Notes: generated from the sequence alone by a model not told the origin. Positions 1-8,955 are shown, counted from the stretch's first letter. The stretch: DNA of 32,000 nucleotides from Psychrobacter cryohalolentis K5 (GCF_000013905.1 NC_007969.1:2520001-2552000), one strand, 5' to 3'. Program-made: numbers and translations.

Positions 1-253
1 TATAAACCACTGCTTGCGCACGCGCTTCAGCCGTCATATGCTTTGCTGCCCATTGGACAACAGCAATCTCAGGGTGATAAGTAGCATCGACGCTATTGGC
101 GCGATTACGGTCTTCGTGCAACACTTGACCATCACCAGCGACCAACACACTCCCAAATGGCTCATCACCTGCCTCTAAGGCTTCGGTAGCAAGCTCAATA
201 GAGCGGCGCAAATGGATCATATCATCGGCTTTATCATCATTCCCAGTTATCAT
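1..253 (-). CDS. CDA-fold (cytidine/deoxycytidylate-type) nucleoside deaminase family protein, N-terminal 84 codons only; gene continues past the left window edge
   Basis: Absent from the ORF track because it is truncated. Manual minus-strand translation from ATG 253..251 gives MITGNDDKADDMIHLRRSIELATEALEAGDEPFGSVLVAGDGQVLHEDRNRANSVDATYHPEIAVVQWAAKHMTAEARAQAVVY. The PFG-x-V-L-V and D-x-T-x-H-[AP]-E-I motifs are the N-terminal signature (zinc-ligand His, catalytic Glu) of guanine/tRNA-adenosine/CMP deaminase-like enzymes. A GGGAG Shine-Dalgarno lies at 260-264, 6 nt from the ATG. Confidence 0.6.
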   Translation of the reverse strand, partial: MITGNDDKADDMIHLRRSIELATEALEAGDEPFGSVLVAGDGQVLHEDRNRANSVDATYHPEIAVVQWAAKHMTAEARAQAVVY

Positions 254-349
254 CTCAATCTCCCTTTTATTACCTTATAGCAAATTACAGTCCTTTATTA
301 GGCTTTATATTACTCCATATCTTACCAAACCCTTTATGACGGATCTGAC

Positions 350-1003
350 TTACGATGGATGATTCTGATTCATCACATCAATGACAGGTGGCATCGGTTT
401 TGACACCTTACCTTCTGATTGTAACTCTTTAGTGGTTTTGGCATCGATAGCCAGTCCCGCAATCAACGCAATGTCTTTCACAGGCTTACGCTGACGAGTG
501 GCAAAGCTCACTGGTACCATACGGGCAAATTCATAAATGTACAAATAAGACTCTTCGCCGCCTTCAAAATCTTCGTCGTCTTCTAAACGAATGCCACCAA
601 TTTTTGCCAAATCAGTAAGCATCTCGTTTTCTTCACTGCTCAGACGACAATCAGTGATACCAAAACCTGTCATAAAACCATTTGCCCACTGTTTCAATGC
701 CATTACGCGCTCGTATAGGTCATGTTCATCATCTGGCACAAGCGGCGTATAGGAATAAGCATCATCCTTGTCTTTTAGCTGAAATACGGTGTCTTCGGCT
801 TCTTCAGTCAGCAAGGTCAACGCTTCGTCAGGTAATGGCGCAAAACTCAATTCTTCAAATACCTTGGCCCATACCTGTTCATCAGGCGCGTCGCAAGCAG
901 TCATCAGCCCCGTCATTAGACCATGTACCTCACTGATAGACACATCAGTCCAGTCGTCAAAAGCCTTTAGCCACGTATTCCAGCCAGAGATATTGTCATT
1001 CAT
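350..1003 (-). CDS. ygfB: UPF0149 / YgfB-family protein
   Basis: 217-aa acidic ORF with EVHGLMTGL and WANGFMTGFG motifs typical of the YgfB/UPF0149 family. It lies divergent to the coiled-coil/zapA pair, as ygfB does in Pseudomonas and enterics. AGGA SD about 9 nt upstream. Confidence 0.8.
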   Translation of the reverse strand: MNDNISGWNTWLKAFDDWTDVSISEVHGLMTGLMTACDAPDEQVWAKVFEELSFAPLPDEALTLLTEEAEDTVFQLKDKDDAYSYTPLVPDDEHDLYERVMALKQWANGFMTGFGITDCRLSSEENEMLTDLAKIGGIRLEDDEDFEGGEESYLYIYEFARMVPVSFATRQRKPVKDIALIAGLAIDAKTTKELQSEGKVSKPMPPVIDVMNQNHPS

Positions 1004-1217
1004 AATAGATGTCCTAATAATTGATGGTTAATGATTGCTTATAAAATAAAATCAGTACAATGTTATCGATGAGGCAGTGATTCATAAAAAATAAAGAGAT
1101 CAAGCCCAATGCTGGTAATTACTTTGTTGGTATAGATATTATGCGGTCACCTATGGCATTATTAAACGTAGACAACAACATTCATTTACGCTTATTTGTT
1201 AAGGATAAAAACTGACT

Positions 1218-1661
1218 ATGTATGACCAACTTAGAATATTAGAAAAAATGATACTCGACATCAAAAAACAGTATCAGCTTGTCAGTGCTGAACTTAGCAG
1301 TCTCAAGCAACAACCATTAACCGACCCGAAAGAACTGAGCGCCCTAAAAACTAAGTTAGATAGCAGCTATACAGAACGCGATGGTGCCAAAAAACAATTT
1401 AATGATCTTGATAAACGCTACCAAAGCTTGGCTGAAGCGCACCATATGATCGGTGAAGAGCAAGATAAACTTCATAAGCAGATTGAGCTGCTAGCACAAC
1501 AAAACCATGACCTAAAACAGCATAATAATGAATTAAAGCAGCAGTATAGCGATATCAAGCAGCAAAACAGTGACTTAAAAAAGAAGAATGAATTGGCAGC
1601 GGAGCGTACACAAGTGGTATTGCAACGCTTAACCCGTATTGATCAAACAGAAAGCCAGTAG
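1218..1661 (+). CDS. Coiled-coil protein preceding zapA (ZapB-like / TIGR02449-like by position)
   Basis: 147 aa, almost entirely Q/K/L/E/N-rich heptad-like repeats (DLKQHNNELKQQYSDIKQQNSDLKKKNE). It occupies the slot of the small coiled-coil gene found upstream of zapA in Pseudomonas. Start is uncertain because the AAGGA SD is 12 nt from ATG 1218. Confidence 0.6.
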   Translation: MYDQLRILEKMILDIKKQYQLVSAELSSLKQQPLTDPKELSALKTKLDSSYTERDGAKKQFNDLDKRYQSLAEAHHMIGEEQDKLHKQIELLAQQNHDLKQHNNELKQQYSDIKQQNSDLKKKNELAAERTQVVLQRLTRIDQTESQ

Positions 1662-1768
1662 TGTCTTATAGTCAAAAGTTAGCACTATTTTCGTTAATGA
1701 AGCTCACAAACGCTCACGATGACAGCATCCCTCTTCCACTTTATTGACCAGACATTGTAGGATTTATC

Positions 1769-2227
1769 ATGACCGACAACCATAACAAAATCATTGAAAA
1801 ACAGAAAAACAGCCCAGTAAAGAATGCTCAAGTAGAAACCAACCAAGTAAAAAATAGTCAGGCACAGAAAACTGTATCAACTAATGCAGATACGCAAAGC
1901 AGCCCCACTGCTAAAGTAAATAGCGCACCTGAGCCGCAAATCAAGAAAGTCGATATTGCGATTGCTGGCATTACTTATCCTATCTACTGCCCAGTACATG
2001 AACAAGAAGAGTTGCGTTCAGCAGTTTCTTATATCAATGACTATGCGCTAAATTTAAAGAGAGATGCACCAAGCCTTAGCCAAGAAAGCTTATTGGTACT
2101 ATGCTGCTTAGACTTATATGAGAAAATCCAAACTCATGAAAGAAATGAAGAAGATCGCGGGCAACAGGACAAGCAATCTGTAGCTCTACTGAATAAAGTC
2201 ATCCAAGATGCCCACTCTATTTTATAA
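1769..2227 (+). CDS. zapA: Cell division protein ZapA with Q/S/T-rich N-terminal extension
   Basis: 152 aa. The C-terminal 95 aa (VDIAIAGITYPIYCPVHEQEELRSAVSYINDYALNLKRDAPSLSQESLLVLCCLDLYEKI) fit the ZapA pattern. AGGA SD 6 nt upstream. ygfB synteny supports the call. Confidence 0.85.
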   Translation: MTDNHNKIIEKQKNSPVKNAQVETNQVKNSQAQKTVSTNADTQSSPTAKVNSAPEPQIKKVDIAIAGITYPIYCPVHEQEELRSAVSYINDYALNLKRDAPSLSQESLLVLCCLDLYEKIQTHERNEEDRGQQDKQSVALLNKVIQDAHSIL

Positions 2228-2260
2228 GCCAATGCAGTTCTTGATACTTATAAATATATC

Positions 2261-2292
2261 AAACGCTTAGTTTATGAAACTAAGCGTTTTTT
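2261..2292. terminator. Rho-independent terminator between convergent zapA and the 2322..2648 gene
   Basis: Perfect inverted repeat AAACGCTTAGTTT (2261-2273) / AAACTAAGCGTTT (2277-2289), followed by a T-run to 2292. It starts 33 nt after the zapA stop. Confidence 0.85.
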
Positions 2293-2321
2293 ATGATCAT
2301 TAGATAATGCTGTTTTTAGAC

Positions 2322-2648
2322 TTATGGCTGATAAACCTTACCTGCATGAAAATCTGCTTGGTGCTCATAATTGCAAAAGAACAGCTCACCAGATGCTGAT
2401 TTATCCATAATCTCTGATCCCATGTTGGCACCAGCATCAGCGCTGACATCAATCGTTTTAGCGTTAATATTGCTTTCAAGCACGCCACGATATTCAGCCA
2501 AGCTATTGCCACAAAAGTCACACTGACGCGGTGTAATAACATCGCCTTTTTTGGGCATCATGCTTTTGGGCGCACGCGGGTACATGAACTTATAAAATCC
2601 CCACATCGAAACCCAGATAATGATGATGATAATAATAACAGCTAACAC
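2322..2648 (-). CDS. Small membrane-anchored protein with C-terminal Cys-rich (zinc-ribbon/MYND-like) domain
   Basis: 108 aa. GTG start with AGGAG SD 7 nt upstream (2656-2660). N-terminal TM helix VIIIIIIIWVSMWGFY. C-x-x-C (CDFCG) plus FFCNYEHQ resembles, from memory, the PP0621-type small proteins (TM helix + CxxCG...FCSxxH). Function unknown. Confidence 0.6.
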   Translation of the reverse strand: MLAVIIIIIIIWVSMWGFYKFMYPRAPKSMMPKKGDVITPRQCDFCGNSLAEYRGVLESNINAKTIDVSADAGANMGSEIMDKSASGELFFCNYEHQADFHAGKVYQP

Positions 2649-2710
2649 GGCAGCGCTCCTTCAAATATGGCTGAATACATTATAAACGCAACGCTTCAGA
2701 ATAATCATAT

Positions 2711-2740
2711 AAAAAACTGGCCACATTGAGCCAGTTTTTA
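2711..2740 (-). terminator. Rho-independent terminator of glyQS (symmetrical, could act both ways)
   Basis: AAAAAACTGGC cacattga GCCAGTTTTTA: 7-bp stem AACTGGC/GCCAGTT flanked by an A-run and a T-run, 55-80 nt downstream of the glyS stop. Confidence 0.8.
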
Positions 2741-2794
2741 TTTTATAGAATACATTATTTAGCCGTTATAGTGACTAAGCTATCAGGGACCAAA

Positions 2795-4888
2795 CTATAA
2801 CTGTAGCTCACTGATATCAGCTACAGTTAAAAACAATGCGCGTACTTGCTTAAGCAACGCTAAGCGGTTGGCTTTAAGCGCCGTATCTTCACTGTTGACC
2901 ATCACATTATCAAAGAATTGCGTCAACGGCTCATCTAAGCTAGCAAGCGTTTGCAATACTTGCGTATAGTCAGCCTGCTCAAGTAATGGTTGTACCACTG
3001 TCTGTGCTTGCTTCACACTCGCATATAAATTTTGCTCAGCAGGTTCAGATAGTAGAGCTTCATCAACAGTGTCAGCAACGCTCACTTCTGACTTGGCTAA
3101 AATATTGGCGACACGTTTGTTTGAATCAGCAAGCATCGACGCTTGAGGTAAGTTGCTAAACGTTTGAACGGCACGAATACGCTGATCAAAATCAAGCGGC
3201 ATATGCGGGTTAATCGCCTGTACTGCTTGGATGGTATCGACGTTAACGCCTTGCTCGGTATACATCGCCCGATAGCGCGAGTTCAAAAATGCCATCACTT
3301 GGGTAAATGTGTCGCCCATCTTGTCAATCTTGCTACCTTCCGCGGTACTATAGCCCTTAATGGCTTGCTCAATGAGAGCCACTAGATTAATTGGCAGCTG
3401 CTTTTCAATGAGAATACGCAGGATACCAATCGCTGAACGACGTAAACTGAACGGATCTTTTGAACCTGTCGGTGCTTGGTCAATGGCAAAAATACCGACG
3501 AGCGTGTCCAAACGATCTGCTAATGCTAAGCAAATACCAACTGGCGTCTGTGGTAATACATCACCACTGAACTTGGGCAAATACTGCTCTTCTAAACTGG
3601 CTGCTACGGCTTCTGGCTCATCATTCAAACGTGCATAGTAAGTACCAGCGATACCTTGTAATTCAGGATATTCACCGACCAGTGAACTTGCCAAGTCTGC
3701 TTTGGACAAAATACCTGCACGCACTGTTTGATCGATATCAATTTGCTGACCTTGCTGTTGCATTAAGGCGGCAATAAAGGCGGCAAGCTTAGCAATGCGC
3801 TCAGATTTTTCCCAAATCGTACCCAGCTTGTCTTGGAAGACGCGAGTTTTTAGGCTTTCTGTCAGCGCAAATAATGGCTGCTTTTGATCTTGTAAGAAGA
3901 AAAACTCTGCATCAGCCAAGCGTGGACGCACGACTTTCTCATTACCTTCAATAATTTGATTAGGATCTTTTGACTCAATATTGGTAATAAAAATAAAGTA
4001 AGGCTGCAATTTGCCTGCTTTATCGGTTAAGCAAAAATACTTTTGATCCGCTTGCATGGTAGAGATAAGCGCTTCTTGCGGCACTTGTAAAAAACGCGCT
4101 TCAAAGCTTGCACGCAGGGCAATAGGGAAATCAACCAATGCGGTGACTTCATCTAATAAACTCTGCGGCACGATAGCGTCAGAACTAACCTCATCTGCCA
4201 ATGCCTTGACTTGGTTTTTAATCAGCATTTGACGCTTATCAAAATCAGCTACGACTTTTAAACCATCAAGCAGTTGCTCATAATCATTGGCATGCGCAAT
4301 GTTATGGTAATCAGGGCTATGGAAGCGATGACCACGAGTTTGCGTCCCTGTCTGATGACCTTGGATAGTGGCATCAACGACAGCATCATTTTGCATCAAG
4401 ACTGCCCACTGTATGGGACGCACGAACTCATTACGGCTCGCGCCTGAACGCATACGTTTAGCAATCGGCAAATTATCAAGTGCAGTTTGAAAAATAGCAG
4501 GTAGCAGCTCAGTGGTTGCTTGACCCTGAATCGTTTGCACATAACCGACGTAATCACCTTTATCGGTATTAATAGTGGTCAACTTGCTGGCTTCAATACC
4601 CAAACCTTTTGCAAAGCCCATCGCCGCACGGGTAGGATTACCATCAGCATCAAAGGCAGCTTTAATCGCAGGTCCACGTTTTTCCTCAGTACGATCCGGC
4701 TGTTTATCGCTAATGCCTTGAATCTGTATTGCTAAACGACGCGGTGCCGCAAAGGCTTTGATACTATCGAAGCTGATATTAGCGTCTGCTAATTGCTCGG
4801 TAACACTTTCTTGTAATGCGTCACGTAAAGGTTTTAGACTTTTTGGAGGCAGCTCTTCACACCCCAGTTCAAATAGAATAGTACTCAT
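2795..4888 (-). CDS. glyS: Glycine--tRNA ligase beta subunit
   Basis: 697 aa. N terminus MSTILFELGCEELPPKSL and overall length are typical of bacterial tetrameric GlyRS beta. AGGAG SD 6 nt upstream, overlapping the glyQ stop codon (translational coupling). Confidence 0.97.
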   Translation of the reverse strand: MSTILFELGCEELPPKSLKPLRDALQESVTEQLADANISFDSIKAFAAPRRLAIQIQGISDKQPDRTEEKRGPAIKAAFDADGNPTRAAMGFAKGLGIEASKLTTINTDKGDYVGYVQTIQGQATTELLPAIFQTALDNLPIAKRMRSGASRNEFVRPIQWAVLMQNDAVVDATIQGHQTGTQTRGHRFHSPDYHNIAHANDYEQLLDGLKVVADFDKRQMLIKNQVKALADEVSSDAIVPQSLLDEVTALVDFPIALRASFEARFLQVPQEALISTMQADQKYFCLTDKAGKLQPYFIFITNIESKDPNQIIEGNEKVVRPRLADAEFFFLQDQKQPLFALTESLKTRVFQDKLGTIWEKSERIAKLAAFIAALMQQQGQQIDIDQTVRAGILSKADLASSLVGEYPELQGIAGTYYARLNDEPEAVAASLEEQYLPKFSGDVLPQTPVGICLALADRLDTLVGIFAIDQAPTGSKDPFSLRRSAIGILRILIEKQLPINLVALIEQAIKGYSTAEGSKIDKMGDTFTQVMAFLNSRYRAMYTEQGVNVDTIQAVQAINPHMPLDFDQRIRAVQTFSNLPQASMLADSNKRVANILAKSEVSVADTVDEALLSEPAEQNLYASVKQAQTVVQPLLEQADYTQVLQTLASLDEPLTQFFDNVMVNSEDTALKANRLALLKQVRALFLTVADISELQL

Positions 4889-4897
4889 GGGATGCTC

Positions 4898-5950
4898 CTA
4901 TTTATTGTTATTAGTAGTTTGGTTGTTATCTGTGTTTTCAGTTGCCACATCTTCTTTTGGCAAATACTTATCGAGCGCCGCTTGACGATGCGCCTCATCC
5001 GCCAACGGAAAGCCCAGCTTAGCGCGTGCTTCGACATAACCAATAGCAACCTTACGAGCAAGCGTACGCACACGTAGGATAAAACGCTGACGCTCAGTCA
5101 CTGAAATGGCACCGCGCGCATCAAGCAAGTTAAAAGCATGTGAGGCTTTTAGTACCATCTCATAGGCTGGTAGTGGCAAACCTTCAGCCACAAGCTTATC
5201 CGCTTGCTGCTCATAAAAGTCGAACATCTGACCCATCATTGGCACATCGGCGTGTTCAAAGTTATAGGTAGACTGCTCAACTTCGTTTTGATGAAAGACA
5301 TCACCATAAGTAACGCGACCAAACTCGCCATCTGCCCAAACCAAATCATAAACGCTATCGACGCCTTGCACATACATTGCCAAGCGCTCAAGACCATAGG
5401 TAATCTCACCTGTCACAGGGAAACATTCAATACCGCCCACTTGCTGGAAATAAGTAAACTGAGTGACTTCCATACCATTGAGCCAAATCTCCCAACCAAG
5501 TCCCCACGCACCTAGCGTTGGCGATTCCCAGTTGTCTTCCACAAAACGCACATCATGCACCAATGGATCAATACCAATCGCCTCAAGTGAGCCTAAATAC
5601 AGCTCTTGGATATTAAGCGGATTGGGCTTAAGCACCACTTGAAACTGATAATAATGTTGTAAACGATTTGGGTTGTCACCGTAGCGACCATCGGTTGGAC
5701 GACGTGATGGCTGCACATAGGCCGCGTTCCAGCGCTCAGGACCTAATGAGCGCAAAAATGTTGCGGTATGAAATGTACCTGCGCCGACTTCCATATCATA
5801 AGGCTGTAAGATCACGCAGCCCTTATCCGCCCAATAATTCTGCAAGGTCATGATTAAATCTTGAAATGTCATCGGTTGAGAGTCTTTTTCTTGTGTCATC
5901 GAGGTTGTCGCTTGTGATGTCATAGTTTGGATTGTCATAGTTTGGGGCAT
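4898..5950 (-). CDS. glyQ: Glycine--tRNA ligase alpha subunit (with short N- and C-terminal low-complexity extensions)
   Basis: 350-aa ORF. The core [40 protein letters not shown] matches GlyQ. The true start is ambiguous among five in-frame ATGs in the first 27 codons, and none has a clear SD. Confidence 0.93.
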   Translation of the reverse strand: MPQTMTIQTMTSQATTSMTQEKDSQPMTFQDLIMTLQNYWADKGCVILQPYDMEVGAGTFHTATFLRSLGPERWNAAYVQPSRRPTDGRYGDNPNRLQHYYQFQVVLKPNPLNIQELYLGSLEAIGIDPLVHDVRFVEDNWESPTLGAWGLGWEIWLNGMEVTQFTYFQQVGGIECFPVTGEITYGLERLAMYVQGVDSVYDLVWADGEFGRVTYGDVFHQNEVEQSTYNFEHADVPMMGQMFDFYEQQADKLVAEGLPLPAYEMVLKASHAFNLLDARGAISVTERQRFILRVRTLARKVAIGYVEARAKLGFPLADEAHRQAALDKYLPKEDVATENTDNNQTTNNNK

Positions 5951-6180
5951 CGTAATAAAGCCACTGTGGAATTAGTATTATGAAATAAAATATTGATAGC
6001 GCTCGTATCGCCTATATAGCAACGAGTCTATTTGACTGCTCACCTTACTAAAAATTGACTATTTTATCTATATTTACCTGAACTAAATTTACACCCTTTG
6101 CCGAAATATTCAGTGTATGGATCATCAATAAGTAGATTTATGAGTGAATTGTAATCTTAAAAGCAATCAATGGTATGGAT

Positions 6181-6211
6181 AAAAAAATACCCAAATGCGT
6201 GAGCATTTGGG
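6181..6211 (-). terminator. Rho-independent terminator downstream of the PspC-domain gene
   Basis: The minus strand reads GCCCAAATGC tcac GCATTTGGG TA TTTTTTT. 9-bp stem (6190-6198 / 6203-6211) and 7-T run (6181-6187). Confidence 0.75.
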
Positions 6212-6325
6212 CAGGAGGAAAGGTATGTCTTGGGCATCCTGATTGTTCAGGCTTTTTGTTTTTTGGGGTATTGCAATTTCTTGTTGAACTAGTTTACTTT
6301 ATCACTGCTCTTATAAATCAATACT

Positions 6326-6538
6326 TTACTGATAAGACTGACCATTTGCCTTCGGCATAATGATCCATAATATGATATAAATCAAAATACCAGGTACTGC
6401 AGCACTCAAAGTTGAGATAATAAAAAACAGTACTCTCACCCAAGTTGGTGACCAACCGACATATTCTGCAATGCCACCCATCACGCCCGCTATCATGCGA
6501 TTATTCTGTGAACGATGTAATTTTGCTAGCTTAGCCAA
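6326..6538 (-). CDS. PspC-domain small membrane protein
   Basis: 70 aa. LHRSQNNRMIAGVMGGIAEYVGWSPTWVRVLFFI is the PspC-domain signature, followed by a TM helix. TTG start with AGAGG SD 8 nt upstream. Confidence 0.75.
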   Translation of the reverse strand: MAKLAKLHRSQNNRMIAGVMGGIAEYVGWSPTWVRVLFFIISTLSAAVPGILIYIILWIIMPKANGQSYQ

Positions 6539-7085
6539 ATCAAATACCTCTTTTTATTATTTATTTTAGTATTACTTTTATGAACTGCTTTATGATTTTA
6601 TTTTAAAGACGTTTTACGTTTGTCTTTAAACTTATGAATAAGTATAGCAATTATTTCTCTTATATCTGTTGGCTGTGTAGACGTGCTTTGTGAATTTATG
6701 CTACTTAAGCTTACTCTAACCTCTCATTAAAACCCGTAAACCTCTGATTTTAAATAGTTATTTCAAATTGTTTCAGAGGTGGCTTTGTTTCTCGCATATT
6801 ACACCTTTTGTTACATGTGCTATATTCTTTAATGAAACCAAATGCTTAGACATTATTATTCTATCTTAAAAATAATCACTTATTTATTAGAATCATAATC
6901 TAGTAAAACGAAAACATAATAAGCAGATAAATCATTATTTTATTGATGAATACATCATAAAATAGGGACTATTTACAATAATCTACGGGTAAGTATTCAC
7001 GAACCTTTATACCATGCTTATAAATACTAAAAACTTTAGACAACTAAAAATAAATTGCACTCAGTAAGTTTGAATAAGGACAGCT

Positions 7086-8132
7086 ATGTACGAGTCAGGA
7101 TTGATGATTGGACATTTTGAGCCGCTACATTTGGGGCAAATGCGCAGTATATTGAACGCAGCAGGACAAGCAAAAAACTTACATCTTGTCATTATGACCC
7201 ACCCGTCGCCGCATCCAGATTTTAAAATCACGTTGCAAGATAAAGCGCGTTGGTTACAAATGGCTTGTGCTGATTTACCTTTTATTCATATTCATACCAC
7301 TGATGAGATTGAGCTACCAGTACATGAAAGCTTTGCAGATGTGACGATTGATATCACTGCCAGTAACGCTAAGCTGCAACATTTGATAGATGCGTTAAAC
7401 TTGCCTGCTGAAACCGTAGTATTTGTCGCAGAGAACCACCCTTTAGCACAGTCTGATATTTGTAAGCAGCTAATCATGCAGGTGGTCACAACACCGTTAC
7501 AGCCTGACTTTGACTCTTATGCCATTGCACGAAATCCGGTCGCATATTGGTCAGCGCTACATCCGCAAGCACGCAGTAACTATACTAAGACGGTTGCTAT
7601 TGTCGGCGGCGAAAGCTCAGGTAAGACGACCTTGGTGCATAAGCTGGCCAATTATTATGGTGCTAGCTTTGCGCTTGAGATGGGACGGGTTTATGTCGGT
7701 ACAGATTTGGGCGGCACCGAAATTGGACTACAATATAGCGATTATGGACCGATTGCCTTGCACCATGCGCAAGCGATTCGTGATGCAACAAGTATAGCCA
7801 CGGTGCCAGTGACGATAATTGATACCGATTTTGTCACGACCCAAGCGTTTTGTGAAGAGTACGAGGGCCGCACCCATCCTTTTGTGGCTGCTTGTATCGA
7901 TGAGTTTCGCTTAGACCATACAATTATGCTCGATAACAATGTGCCTTGGATTGATGATGGTATGCGCTCTTTGGGTACACCTGAGGCACGTGGTCGTTTT
8001 GAGGCGCGTCTATTGGATATTTTCGCCCGTCATGATATTAAGCCGCACATGATTGATCAACCAGATTATGAGGCGCGCTATCAGCAAGCATTGTTATTTA
8101 TCGACCAGTATATTTATGGTCAAAAGCCGTAA
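7086..8132 (+). CDS. nadR: NadR-type protein: ribosylnicotinamide kinase domain plus N-terminal NMN-adenylyltransferase-like domain; no HTH domain
   Basis: 348 aa. The C-terminal half has the Walker A VAIVGGESSGKTTLVHKLA and DTDFVTTQAF, which aligns well with my recollection of H. influenzae NadR (ILGGESSGKS, DTDFITTQAF). The N-terminal half has GHFEPLHLGQ in place of GKFYPxHxGH. AAGGA SD 5 nt upstream. Followed by pnuC. Confidence 0.85.
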   Translation: MYESGLMIGHFEPLHLGQMRSILNAAGQAKNLHLVIMTHPSPHPDFKITLQDKARWLQMACADLPFIHIHTTDEIELPVHESFADVTIDITASNAKLQHLIDALNLPAETVVFVAENHPLAQSDICKQLIMQVVTTPLQPDFDSYAIARNPVAYWSALHPQARSNYTKTVAIVGGESSGKTTLVHKLANYYGASFALEMGRVYVGTDLGGTEIGLQYSDYGPIALHHAQAIRDATSIATVPVTIIDTDFVTTQAFCEEYEGRTHPFVAACIDEFRLDHTIMLDNNVPWIDDGMRSLGTPEARGRFEARLLDIFARHDIKPHMIDQPDYEARYQQALLFIDQYIYGQKP

Positions 8133-8193
8133 AAGATAACCCAAATTAAAAAAGCATCACTGACACTATTATTTATTTTAGGAATATAACGCC

Positions 8194-8955
8194 ATGCGTA
8201 TTAAGCTACTAGACAATATCACTGGGAAATGGGCCATACAATGGATTGTCATTTGGTTCATTTGCGGTGTGCTTGCCTTATCTACAGGGTTTTGGCTGAC
8301 CACCGAACACACCACGCTCGATTGGTTTTACTTAGGCGTGTCTTTTATCGGACTGGTATGCGTGGTTTCATTATCCTTTCGAAAAAACGTCTTAGGTAAT
8401 GGCTTTGGTATGGGTGCGACAGCCGGTGAAGTGGTCGTACAAGCGACATCTGGCGCTGTTGGTCTGATGCTTGCGCCTTTGTTCAATTTCTTTACCCATG
8501 TCTATGGTATTTTTTATTGGTCAAAGCATACTGATGCCGATGGTGATATGGTGCCCAAATCGGCGAGCAAATGGATTTGGCTACTGACCATTAGCTTTAT
8601 GGTGATTGGACTTGCCTTATTCCCAACGGTAAATAATTTACTAGCAAGCTATGGTTATGCGGTCGTTGAAGATGATAATAGTAAATTTTTAGGCCTTATT
8701 TCTTTCTTTTGGATTAATGTTATTGCCTTCGTACTGTCTATTACCGCTCAGGCAGCGATGATTCTGCGCTATTCGTTTAACTGGTGGTTATGGATTTTAT
8801 CCAACTTCGTTTGGTTGACCGTAAACTTGATGTCAGGCAATTACATCTTTGCCATTCAGACCATGGTGTATCAAGTAAACTCGTTTGTCGGGCTTTATGA
8901 ATGGTACCGCAGCGAGCAAGAATCGGTCGAGACACCAACACATATCAGAAAATAA
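8194..8955 (+). CDS. pnuC: Nicotinamide riboside transporter PnuC family
   Basis: 253-aa polytopic membrane protein (7-8 TM segments) with Trp-rich helices (FYWSKH, FNWWLWILSNFVWL). It lies immediately downstream of nadR (61-bp gap), the classical nadR-pnuC pairing. Confidence 0.8.
   Translation: MRIKLLDNITGKWAIQWIVIWFICGVLALSTGFWLTTEHTTLDWFYLGVSFIGLVCVVSLSFRKNVLGNGFGMGATAGEVVVQATSGAVGLMLAPLFNFFTHVYGIFYWSKHTDADGDMVPKSASKWIWLLTISFMVIGLALFPTVNNLLASYGYAVVEDDNSKFLGLISFFWINVIAFVLSITAQAAMILRYSFNWWLWILSNFVWLTVNLMSGNYIFAIQTMVYQVNSFVGLYEWYRSEQESVETPTHIRK

Noticed and set aside
2228-2321. I expected 6S RNA (ssrS) immediately downstream of zapA, as in E. coli/Pseudomonas (zapA-ssrS-ygfA).
   Set aside because: Only 33 nt separate the zapA stop from a strong terminator, and a convergent protein gene follows. 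There is no room for a ~180-nt RNA, and no GC-rich 6S-like sequence occurs anywhere in the intergenic regions of this window. ssrS must lie elsewhere; cmsearch with Rfam RF00013 would confirm this.
3164-4735. Plus-strand ORFs of 71-92 aa inside glyS (3164..3385, 3360..3638, 4520..4735), and similar ORFs inside glyQ (4892..5077, 5204..5515, 5668..5853).
   Set aside because: These are shadow ORFs antisense to well-supported, highly conserved aminoacyl-tRNA synthetase genes. They have no SDs and low-complexity or odd composition.
5951-6180. I looked for a T-box or glycine riboswitch leader upstream of glyQS.
   Set aside because: The region is AT-rich, without the conserved GC-rich helices of either element, and T-boxes are not expected in gammaproteobacteria.
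6213-6270. Strong SD (AGGAGG 6213-6218) followed by a 5-codon mini-ORF, ATG TCT TGG GCA TCC TGA (6225-6242), and a T-rich hairpin (CCTGA ttgt TCAGG CTTTTTGTTTTTT) that resembles a leader peptide/attenuator. It overlaps the 61-aa track ORF 6175..6360.
   Set aside because: No plus-strand gene lies downstream for it to regulate; the next gene is the minus-strand pspC-like gene. The stem is only 5 bp. The segment is more simply the 3' UTR of the pspC-like gene, whose real terminator lies at 6181-6211. The 61-aa ORF overlaps that gene's 3' end and has no SD.
6539-7085. I looked for an NAD+ riboswitch (nadA or pnuC motif) or a NadR box (TGTTTA-N6-TAAACA) upstream of nadR-pnuC.
   Set aside because: I could recognise no convincing match by eye. 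This NadR lacks a DNA-binding domain, so a NadR box is not expected. An Rfam cmscan would be the decisive test.
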